Virus record (IMG/VR): IMGVR_UViG_3300021134_000023
Span: 1 to 28,547 of that record
Reading direction: 5' to 3' (one strand)
Source: a virus
Taxonomy: Duplodnaviria > Caudoviricetes
DNA: 28,547 nucleotides
Positions 14,079 to 24,300 of this stretch are shown here, piece after piece. Within the stretch, counting starts at the first letter, position 1. Each line of letters begins with the position of its first letter. A model generated the notes under the pieces. It was not told the DNA's origin. It did no database searches and saw nothing but the letters and a program-made list of their open reading frames with translations. The translations under genes and the position numbers were made by a program.

Positions 14079-15998
14079 ATGGCTGTAACACCAGTACAAC
14101 GTAAAAAATATTTTGAAGCACGCACGGCAGGATTCTCTATTGCCGAAAGTGCTCGCAAGGCTAAGTTCTCAGAAGCTACTGCTTACCGTGTAGAAAAGGC
14201 TGCTCAGAATCTACGTGCCGACGAAGGCATTGACAGTTCCGCTAGCAATTACCGTGAACTTAAAAAGGAAGCCAAACTACAAGGCCCTATTGCGTATGAC
14301 AATTTGTCAGACGAAGCAAAGCTTGCTCTTGAAGATTTTGGTTATTTCCGTGAACGTTACTTTGGTCGTGTGTCTACTCCGTGGCAGGAAGAAGCAGGTG
14401 TAGCCCTTGTAGGTTTGCTTGAGTCAGATCAAAAAGAATACGTGGTTATGAACATGCCACCTGGTTCTGGTAAGACCACGCTACTTCACGACATAACATG
14501 CTGGGTTATTTGCCGTAACAGATCAACTCGTTTGTTGACTGGTAGTGCAACTATGTCCCTCGCTAAACGAAACCTCATGCGTGTTCGACGTTCATTAGAA
14601 CGTGTGATTCCAGAACAAGCAGATGAAATGCTTAAAGCTCGTGGCCAAGCTATGGATGCTGTAACTACAATGGCGCACGACTTCGGAAGATTCAAACCAC
14701 TTGAAAAAGAACTGTGGACTAATGAAGCTTTTATTGTTATGCAACCAGAGGAGTCTGGTGCTATTAGTGAAAAGGAGCCAACCCTAAGTGCCTATGGTAT
14801 GGATAGTGGTTTCATCGGAGGACGCTTCGATGGCTGTTTCTGGGACGACCTTGTGGACCCTCGCAAGGTACGCTCTTCAGAACAACGAGAAGCAATGGAA
14901 GACTGGTACCAAGACGTTGCAGAAACTCGACTTGAACCTGCAGGTATGCTTGCTCTTATTGGTCAGCGCTTGGCTCCTGACGACCTTTATCGCTTTGCTC
15001 TAGACATGGTGCAACCTCTGGAAGAAGAGGACGAAGATGCCATGGACAAGTTGAGTGAAGAAGAAACGGCATTGCTTCGACGTGACAAGAAATACAAACA
15101 CCTAAAATACAAGGCACACTATGAAGAAAAATGTACACCAGATAATCACAAACGTTCGGCTGTTGCTTACCCCGAAGGTTGTCTCTTGGACCCACGCCGT
15201 CTCGGATGGCGAGACATTTCTAACCTTATGTCCAACCGAGGAGAACGCTTTGATGTTGTATACCAGCAGGAAGACCTGGCTTTAGACGAAGTATTGGTTC
15301 AGAACGAATGGGTTTACGGACACGGCAACAGCCCAGGGTGCATTGACCATGACCGAGATCGATGGGAATTGCCCCCAGGCATTATGGCTAGCGATTGTCT
15401 AGTAGTTGCCACGGCAGACCCTTCTCCAACCAATTACTGGTCTATCCAGTGTTGGATTTACCACCCTGAGTCTCAACAGCGATTCCTTATGGACTTGATT
15501 AGGGCCAAAATGGAAGCTCCGCAGTTCCTCGAATACAATTACAACGAAGGGGAATTTACTGGGGTTATGGAAGATTGGCAGCGTTTATCTATTTCTTTAG
15601 GCTTCCCAATTCAAGTTTGGATTGTTGAACAAAACGCAGCTCAGCGATTTATGTTGCAGTATGACCATTTCAAAAGATGGCGCCAACTGCGTGGTGTAGA
15701 GATTATTCCTCACAATACAACCTCCAATAAATCGGACGCTGAATACGGTGTTACGACGATTTCTCAACATTGGAAGTTTGGTCGTGTACGATTGATGGGT
15801 AAGGGGGAAGGCAAAGTTCGCTCGATGAAACTTATCGACGAGGTGACCCGATACCCCCATGGACGTACCGACGACTGTGTTATGGCGGAATGGTTCTTTG
15901 AATGGAACCTTCCTAACCTTTACATGCCCGTTACAAAAATAGTAAAAGCATGGCGACCAAATTGGGTTAGAAATACCCAACTAGCAAACTTGAGGTAA
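14079..15998 (+). CDS. terL: Terminase large subunit with an N-terminal helix-turn-helix
   Basis: Walker A 'MPPGSGKT', Walker B 'CFWDD', RNase H-fold 'TADPS', 'VEQNAAQ', 'TDDCVMA'. N-terminal 'GFSIAESARKAKFSEATAYR' HTH. Confidence 0.92.
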   Translation: MAVTPVQRKKYFEARTAGFSIAESARKAKFSEATAYRVEKAAQNLRADEGIDSSASNYRELKKEAKLQGPIAYDNLSDEAKLALEDFGYFRERYFGRVSTPWQEEAGVALVGLLESDQKEYVVMNMPPGSGKTTLLHDITCWVICRNRSTRLLTGSATMSLAKRNLMRVRRSLERVIPEQADEMLKARGQAMDAVTTMAHDFGRFKPLEKELWTNEAFIVMQPEESGAISEKEPTLSAYGMDSGFIGGRFDGCFWDDLVDPRKVRSSEQREAMEDWYQDVAETRLEPAGMLALIGQRLAPDDLYRFALDMVQPLEEEDEDAMDKLSEEETALLRRDKKYKHLKYKAHYEEKCTPDNHKRSAVAYPEGCLLDPRRLGWRDISNLMSNRGERFDVVYQQEDLALDEVLVQNEWVYGHGNSPGCIDHDRDRWELPPGIMASDCLVVATADPSPTNYWSIQCWIYHPESQQRFLMDLIRAKMEAPQFLEYNYNEGEFTGVMEDWQRLSISLGFPIQVWIVEQNAAQRFMLQYDHFKRWRQLRGVEIIPHNTTSNKSDAEYGVTTISQHWKFGRVRLMGKGEGKVRSMKLIDEVTRYPHGRTDDCVMAEWFFEWNLPNLYMPVTKIVKAWRPNWVRNTQLANLR

Positions 15999-16001
15999 TC
16001 A

Positions 16002-17894
16002 ATGGCCCTTTCCCCTGATAACGATAAGGCCGCAGGTCAGATCGTAACCATGTACCAGGAGCGCCGCATGAGCCGCAGCGGAATGTTCCGACGCATGCAG
16101 GAAGTACGTGATCACTACAACGGTGACGTAATTGTACCACTACCAGAACTAGACGAGGCAGAAAAGCCCGCTATTCCAAACCTTATCGCTCAGGGTATCG
16201 ACCAATTCGCTATGCGAGTTGCTTCTACCCTACCCAACATTAGTTACCCAGCATTACGCCCTGGTATTCAGGCTTCAGAAAACAAAGCTATGGACCGCAA
16301 GCGTGCTAACTGGGGTTGGTGGGAAATGAACAAGATGGGCACCAAGGTTCGCCGTCGTGCTCGTCACCTTACCGCTTATGGTATGTCCGCAGTATCACTT
16401 TCTCCAGTGTCTCTTGACCCACAGGATAAGCGTCAGATTCCTTTCTGGCGTGTGCGTAACCCTCTTGCCACATTCCCAGCACCAATGGTTGATCCAGACA
16501 ACATGGAACCAGTTGACTGTATCTTTGCGGACCGTCGCCCACTTGGGTGGATGAAAGACAACTATCCAGCACAGATGCGTGCTTTGTATAAGGGTGACAA
16601 GTCAGACACTGACCTATTTGAAATTCTTGAGTATTTAGACGCTGATGAAACAGTGCTTCTTGCTGTTGGTGCAGAAAAGCCAAAGCAAACACCATTCTCG
16701 CAAGACACTGCTAAAAGTGTAGCCTCGCACATTATTCTTGAGCGTATTCCCAACCGTTCAGAGATTTGCCCTGTTGTTATTTCAGGTCGCATTACTCTTG
16801 ACCGTTTGCAGGGTCAGTTTGACCAAATGCTTGGTATGTACCAGCGTGAAGCTAAGTTGGACGCACTTAACACTATTGCTGTGTTCCGTGGTGTGTTCCC
16901 TGACGAATGGGTGGTATCACCTGCCAACGCTGCAACGTCGCCACGTATTGTGCAAGAAGCAGACGGTAAGCAGGGTATCCGAGGAATCTTGGATAAAGGA
17001 CAGATTCAGATTGTTCACCCACAGCAGACACAAGACGTACAGATTTCTCTTAGCAACTTAGAACGTTCACAGCGTCTTACTGCTGGAATCCCTGCAGAGT
17101 TTGGTGGAGAGTCACCTTCTAACATTCGTACGGGACGACGTGGACAAGATGTTATGTCTGCCACTGTTGACATGCCACTTCAGGAATACCAGGAAATTCT
17201 GGCTAACTCTATGGAACTTGAAAACCTACGTGCTGTACGCATTATGAAGTCATACTACGGCTCAAAGCCATCTATGTTTTTTATGGGATCAGACGGTAAG
17301 GTAGAACACCCTGACTACACACCAGACACAACATTTGAAACAACTTTCAGCAACGTTAGTTACCCAATGCCAGGAACCGACATTAACTCAATGACAGTTT
17401 CTATTGGTCAGCTTGTTGGTACAGGAATTATGTCTACTGAGACTGCTCGTATTCTTTCACCAGCTATCAAAGACCCACAGATTGAAGAAGACCGTGTGGT
17501 TCTTGAAGGACTTCGCAAATCACTTCTTACTGGTCTTGAACAGCAAGCAGCGCAGGGACAACTTGACCCATCAATTATTGCTCGCATTGCTAAACTAAAA
17601 GCACAGAGTCACATGACTCTAGAAGATGCAGTTGATAAGATTCACCAAGAGATGCAAGAAGAGCAAGCGGCTAAAGCACAACAGCAACAGCAGCAACCAC
17701 AACCTGGTCAAGCACCTGGTCCTGAAATGCAACCTGGTATGGGAGTTTCAGCAGAAAACCCAGTACAGGGAGCAGCGCCAGCCGGTAAGCCAAGTTTGCA
17801 AGATTTGCTTGGACAGCTTGGTGGCGGTGGAGCACCACCAGCGCCAGGAGCACCAGTCGCACAGGCACCAGCACCAGCACCAGCAGGAGTTTAA
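16002..17894 (+). CDS. Portal protein
   Basis: 630 aa directly after terL, helical, with a Gln/Pro-rich low-complexity C-terminus typical of podovirus-type portals. Confidence 0.8.
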   Translation: MALSPDNDKAAGQIVTMYQERRMSRSGMFRRMQEVRDHYNGDVIVPLPELDEAEKPAIPNLIAQGIDQFAMRVASTLPNISYPALRPGIQASENKAMDRKRANWGWWEMNKMGTKVRRRARHLTAYGMSAVSLSPVSLDPQDKRQIPFWRVRNPLATFPAPMVDPDNMEPVDCIFADRRPLGWMKDNYPAQMRALYKGDKSDTDLFEILEYLDADETVLLAVGAEKPKQTPFSQDTAKSVASHIILERIPNRSEICPVVISGRITLDRLQGQFDQMLGMYQREAKLDALNTIAVFRGVFPDEWVVSPANAATSPRIVQEADGKQGIRGILDKGQIQIVHPQQTQDVQISLSNLERSQRLTAGIPAEFGGESPSNIRTGRRGQDVMSATVDMPLQEYQEILANSMELENLRAVRIMKSYYGSKPSMFFMGSDGKVEHPDYTPDTTFETTFSNVSYPMPGTDINSMTVSIGQLVGTGIMSTETARILSPAIKDPQIEEDRVVLEGLRKSLLTGLEQQAAQGQLDPSIIARIAKLKAQSHMTLEDAVDKIHQEMQEEQAAKAQQQQQQPQPGQAPGPEMQPGMGVSAENPVQGAAPAGKPSLQDLLGQLGGGGAPPAPGAPVAQAPAPAPAGV

Positions 17895-17897
17895 TAA

Positions 17898-18332
17898 ATG
17901 CCAAGAACAGGTAGAGGCGGAACACGCCAAGGAGCAGAAGGTACTGCGTATTCAAACCGCACAGACCTTAACGTACCTAAGATGACGGTTCCGGGACAAG
18001 AGTACGGAATGGCTGGACAGCAGATGCAAGCACAAAGTGCTGTGCCAATGGGATCTACACCCATGCCACAGATGGCGGCACCTGCGCCTGCACCACAAGC
18101 ACAGTCAGTACCAATGCCAGGCTCACTTCCTCACCTTGAGGCAACACAGCGTCCTAACGAACCTGTCACGGCTGGACTTCCTTTTGGGCCTGGACCTGGA
18201 CCTGAAGTTTTGGCTAATCAAGCCGCCCCTAATTCTCCAGTGGGCGCAACCTTTGATGCATTATCAAAGATGCCTAACGTTCCTTCTTCTGTTTCTGCCA
18301 TTGCCGAAGCCTCTCGCCTTCTTGGACTTTAA
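17898..18332 (+). CDS. Pro/Gln-rich post-portal protein
   Basis: 'TQRPNEPVTAGLPFGPGPGPE' segment, which I recognise from genes following the portal in similar phages. Confidence 0.7.
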   Translation: MPRTGRGGTRQGAEGTAYSNRTDLNVPKMTVPGQEYGMAGQQMQAQSAVPMGSTPMPQMAAPAPAPQAQSVPMPGSLPHLEATQRPNEPVTAGLPFGPGPGPEVLANQAAPNSPVGATFDALSKMPNVPSSVSAIAEASRLLGL

Positions 18333-21300
18333 TGGCTGGACAAACATCGTTTCCTAATCCGCAGGATAATAACCCTGCAGACTTGCAAGCACACTTAGCG
18401 TACAAAGCAAGTGATACCGGACGTTTAGCGGACATGGTTAGTGCTAACCCAAAGTTGAATTCTGATCCAGCCGCTGCACATGCAATGTTGCAAGTACCAG
18501 GCATTGATGGTCACACTGCTGGAATGGCAACAAAGTTTATGACACTGTACGCTAATGCTCACAAGGGCATTGGCGAAGCTGTTGGAGGTTCAGGTAATAA
18601 TCCTGCCAAAACAAAAGCCGGTGGATTTTTTGCCAATGCATTTGGTGGCCTTGAAAGGGCATGGAACTGGTTTGCCAACGAAGGCGTAAACGATGGAAGT
18701 TACAGTAACCCACTTGGTTCTGTTTTACAAACAGCATCACAAGCCGCAACTGGAATAACACATGGTGTAACCAATTGGTTTGAAAATTTCCATTTAGGTC
18801 CACAAACTACTTTTCAAGTTCCAGAAGGTGCTGACCCTGCAACATGGCAACCACCATCTCCTGCACAAAATATTAAAAACGATTTAAGTGCTGTAGTTGG
18901 AGCTTCATCTGGTCTTGCTAATTGGGTAAACAATACAAAAAACAGAACTTTAACAACTACTGCTGAAGTATTAACAGGTGGGCAGGTGGGTGCAAGCCAA
19001 ACGCAAGGACCTTTGGCGAACCTATTACCTGGTTGGACTTGGGGTAAAGGAAATGTAGCCAACCTTGACGACGCTTATCACTCTGCCGCAAACGCCATTG
19101 TGGGCGTAGGCAATTCATTAAATCCTTTTGAAACATATAACAACATGGCGCACTTTGCAGCTTTTTACGAATCGCTTGCAAAACGTCGTGGTGCTAGTTA
19201 CGCATTAAGTTATCTTCTTCCATACTTGGCAATTGCCATGGTGACACACAGTGTCATTATGGGCCCAGCTGCTGCAGAAGCCGCAGACCTTGCCGCTTCC
19301 GCAACTGCAGAAGGTGCAACAATAACGCCAGAAGAAAAAGCTTTGATCGAAGAAGCCCAGGGTAAAGAAAAAACTACTTCTATGACAATGGAGCAGACTG
19401 CATCTGGTGCAATTCCAAAAATGGACATTCCAGAATCTGCTATTCGTGGATCAACGGAAGAAGCCGCAGCTAAGGCTGAACAAGTCGCTGCAGATTCAGC
19501 ACAGCAAGCAGCACGTGGTAAAAGTTTTCAATTTGCTAGTGACGTAGCAGGAATTGTAACTAAGCCGCTAAAGCCGTTTATGTCTGTTGCTAACAAACTA
19601 ATGATGCCAGGACAAGACCTGCGTTTGAACATGATGTATTTAACAGCGCACGCTGGTATTAGCCAAGACCCTGAACTAAGTGGTCTTTGGAATCAAACAT
19701 CAAATGGTGTTCCTGTTGACGACCTTGGACGACCAATGGGAAGCGTTGGCAGTGTTATGGCTAACTATCTTGGTCTTGACCATGGTGCGTTTTTTGAAGC
19801 AATTGCTAAACCTATTGATGTTTACGCAAATTACTTTGCCTCTGACCCAATAGGTGCTGTTGGTAGCGTTGTTGGTAAAGCTCTAACATTGGAAGGCCTT
19901 GGCGGTCCGCTAGGCAATTTGTTTGGTGGTATGGGTATTCGCAGTGGCGAAGATGTGTACCGAGTTACTCAACAATATTCACGTGTTGCTCGTGCTTTTC
20001 AATGGATGGCTGACCACAACGCAGCTCAGATCGCAGATCGATTTCGTGGTTTGTTTCCAGGCGAAGAAGGCGCAAAGATTCTTGTAAAACTTGGCGAAGC
20101 TCAATCATTAGGAGAAATACAAGCTATTTGGGCTGACTTGGCCGAAGGTATTGGTTTCTTAAAAAACGAAGCACCGTCTATGACGATGTACGAATTTACC
20201 AAAGCAAAGCTTATGGTTGATGGTTCTTCAATAACCCTTGGTGATGCTATGAACGCAGACATCAAATTTAACCAGCAGATAGAAAACATTGCCAAAGAAG
20301 AAACACCATTCCCTTTCCCAAAGCCAGACAGCACTAATTACATTGTGGGTGAAGGAGAAGTACTAGGACGTATTCGCTCACGCCAAAGGTTTGGTCAATG
20401 GGTTGCTGGGCAACTTCGTCGTGCGGAAGCATACATCAGCGAAGAAACAGGACGTTGGGAAAACTTTACTATTAACCCAGGCAGCAAGAACGCTATCCCT
20501 GCAATTATGGACAGCCTTCTAAAACTTGGTGTACACCGTACAGTTGTGGACACTATCGGTAGTTCGCTACTCACTGCTTCAAAGCAAGAATACGTTAACG
20601 TCGTTCGCTCCGCTTACTACCACGCCATTATGCGTAGAGTAACCGCTGGTATGTCAGAAGCAACTTTTGATTCTGTAAAGGTTGGTCTCGAACAAGACGT
20701 ATTCAAAGAAGTAATGCGTATGACTGGTGCTGATGGCGCTAGTGAAGAAGCAGGTGCAATGGTTCACGGTGAACAAGGTGGCGACCGCTCCCTAACACCA
20801 AAGCCCGGAGGGGCTATTACTAACTCCGCCATTGGAGATACTCAGCTTGGTACACTTCACTTTCCACGCGCACGTGACATGAAGGGTTTTGCTTCACGCT
20901 TGCGAGAATTTGCATTACAACTAACACCTGCAGAAGATCTTGAAGCAAGCGTTGCCGCACGCCTAAGTGTTAAATCACTTGAACAAATTGCTGAATTTCG
21001 CAATGCTGTTCTTGATGGTATTCCAAAAGCACTTGAAGAAGGAATCGAAACTAAAGTTTGGGACGCATCAACTATTGAAATACGTCCAGAAATTACTGAC
21101 TGGAATGCTGAAGCAACCAGGGCAATCACTAATCGCAACAACCTTGTTAAAGAAATTGAAGATAGACAGACATCACTAGATTTTTCTCGTGAAAAATTTC
21201 CTGATGAAATTGCGGCTCTTGAATCATACACAAGCGTATGGGGCAATTTTGCAGGCGGATCGTTTGATGAAGTAAATCAAGTACTCCGTCAAAGCCAATT

Positions 21301-24300
21301 CCTTGAATCAGATATTGCCGACCAATCTGCTGAAACAGCACAAAAAATTCAAAGTCTTATTAAGTCGACTGCTCCGCTTACTGATTCTGTAATGACGTAC
21401 CGAGGTTTGTCCGTTGGGCTTGCAGGTGAGGGTTCTCCTGCAGAAAATTACATCTTGGGCCTAAAAGACCTTAAGCCTGGAGAAACGTTTACTGAAGATG
21501 GATTCTCCTCTACTAGTTTTGACCGAGGCATTGCGCAAAGCTTTACTGAGCGTGGTGGAGAAAAGCTCATGGTTGAAATTGTTAATCAGCCAGGAACACA
21601 AGGTTTGTTTGTTGAAAATGTTTTTAAGCATGAGGTAGACAAAGATTTCCCTACAACAGTAAGTCAAGAAAAAGAATTTATTCTTCCGTTTGGTGCAAAG
21701 TTTAAAGTCTTGGGTGTTGTGCCTTCAGAGGAAACAGTAAATGGTATTCACATTCTTCGTGTTGCACACATACCAGAAGAAGTTGGCGTTAAGGCCGTAT
21801 CTGAAATACCAGAACTTACTAAAATCTCATACGCCACCAAGTCTAGGGAACTTGCTGAGTATACAAGAAATGCAATGTCAATGGGGGAAAAGCTTCCTGG
21901 GGCAATAGACGCTAACAAGTCTTTTGTTCAAGTTTACGACGCCATACGCACACAGGCAGACCACGCACGTGCCGTTAGTGAGCTTTACCGTGAACACCAG
22001 ACTATTCTAAAAGACTTTGACAGAGGCGTTATTAACGCCGATGAGTACAGAGTTTTGTCTGGTCAGCTAGACCACGCATCACCAGACCCATCAATTCGCA
22101 TTACTCAAATGACGCCTGAAAACATGCACACACTTATGGGTGAAAAGCATGCCCTAGATGACGCAATGACCAAATTGACCGTTCGACTTCAAGGTAACGC
22201 CATTGATGAAAAAGCACTTATCCAACACGTTCGTGATTACGAAAAAGCTGTTAATGGTGTTGCAAACATTGATGAAAAAGCAACAGCTGCATTAGCAAAG
22301 AAACTAGGAAAACTACGTGCAGAGAACCCTCGTTACCGTAATACCTTCCAGGCAGCGGTAGACGCAGGTAACTGGTACGTTAGTAAAATCTTTGCACCTA
22401 TGGCTTTGTTCTCCGGTGGTTGGGCAGAGCGTGTAGGTACAAGTGAGTTTATTCTTCTTTGGCTGCGTGGAGGCGCACAGTCCTCATTGAAAGCAAAGGT
22501 GCTTACTTCATACCTCAAGCACGAAGCAGGTGGTGGCGCTCTTAGTTCTGCTGTAGAAGAAAAACTAAATAACTTTTTACAACGTGATCTTTTTAAGGGA
22601 ACATTCCGAGAAATGCTTAAGCGTGATGATTTAGGCTTTGACCAAAAGCTGGCTTCTTCATTTGGACGATTTGTTGCTTCAACTATCCTCGAAGCACGTG
22701 ACATAGCTGGCGGAGTTCTTCACGGTATTGAAGGGAACGTAATCAATTGGGACGCTCGTACCGAACGAATGGTTGAGAACTTCTCCGAAGCAATGTTGGA
22801 TTTTGGACGTAATGGTTTGCCAATGCACGTTCACAGCCAGACTGTTGACATCTTTGACTCTGACATTACAGCGTCTCGTATGGCCTACGGTGATGACGGG
22901 CATGGCAACCAAACTATTAGCAACCGTTACGAAAACAGTTCTTTCCGAGCAGGTAATGCTGGAGACAAGAATTACATAACTGGACTTCGTGGCGCTCTTG
23001 GCCGTCTTTACACAGACAATTTCTTACGCCCTGCAACACAAGATATGCGTGATCTTCTTATTAAATACGGACGTGAGAATTCTACTGACGAACAGTTGAT
23101 GACTAACAGTGAATACAGATTCCTAAGACGAGGCGTCAACACTGTTAAGACAGACACAGAAGCCGAAGCTTTAATGCAAAACATTTCTCGCACAGCTTTT
23201 GAAACAATTGAATCAATGCCTCCTTCTGAACTTGAACGATTTGACCGTCACCTTAATAAGAGCAAGGTAGCTAAGACAGATGAAGAAGTTTACGCTACAT
23301 TAAGCGCAAACGAAAAAACACGTGTCGACCTTATGAACCCACGTCAGCGTCAAATTTTCTACGCACACAAAGACTGGGCAGACAACATTGCTTACCACGT
23401 TTTCCACACAGTTGCCGGTAGAGACGCCACAGGTGCATGGAAGGTTCACGCTCAGCTCGTTGAGCAGGCAGGGACTGGACAAGTTAAAAACGTTGCAGAC
23501 CTAGAGAACGACGTTAAGCGTTTTGCTAAGAGTTCTGAACCACGTGGCATTGCTATGGAAGCTTTGTCAGAAGGTTCAGGTAAGCGTCGTGCTATGGCTG
23601 CTAACTTCTTGACTGAAGTTTCCAACAAGGGACACGCTGCAATCCTTGGTCCAATTGTAAACACTTACGTTCGTGACCACAACTACCTGATGCTTTACGA
23701 CCAAGAAATGGAAAAACTACGTGCCTCTGAAGAAGCAGGCATTATTGATCACGAATCTGCAAAAGCTAAGGCTCATGAAGCAACGACAATTAAAATGTCT
23801 AAGTTTGTCCACAACCCACTTGACAAAACGGTTCTTGAACAGAACATGCGTGTTGTTGCTCCGTTCTACTTTGCGCAAAACCAGGCATGGCGTCGTGCTT
23901 TAAGAATGTTCCGTGACGACCCAGGTGCTTTTGAAAAGTACATGCGTGTTTGCCTTGCTACAACAAACTTTGTTTCCGTTCAAGCTTCTGGTTCTGGCGG
24001 TGGAATTGTTAACGTACCAGGAACCGAGTTCATGGGTGCTTTGGCAGGTCTTGGAACCGGCTTTGGTTCTGACATGCTTGGCAAACTTTCTATGGGTCTT
24101 GCTATTGACCCAGGTTCTGTTTCTTCTATTATTCCCACGGGTAGCGAAGCAGGAATGGGAATTTTGGGTAGCGTGATGCGCCCAGCGGTTGGACCCTTGA
24201 TTTCTTTGCCACTTAAAGAAGCAAGCAATTGGTTTGGTCTTGCTCACGTTCCATTTGCCAACAAAGTTGTTCAAGGTATTCTTGGACCAATCTCAGCTAA

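Noticed and set aside
17670-17890. CAG/CCA-rich repeats at the end of the portal gene
   Set aside because: Explained by Gln/Pro/Ala low-complexity coding sequence.
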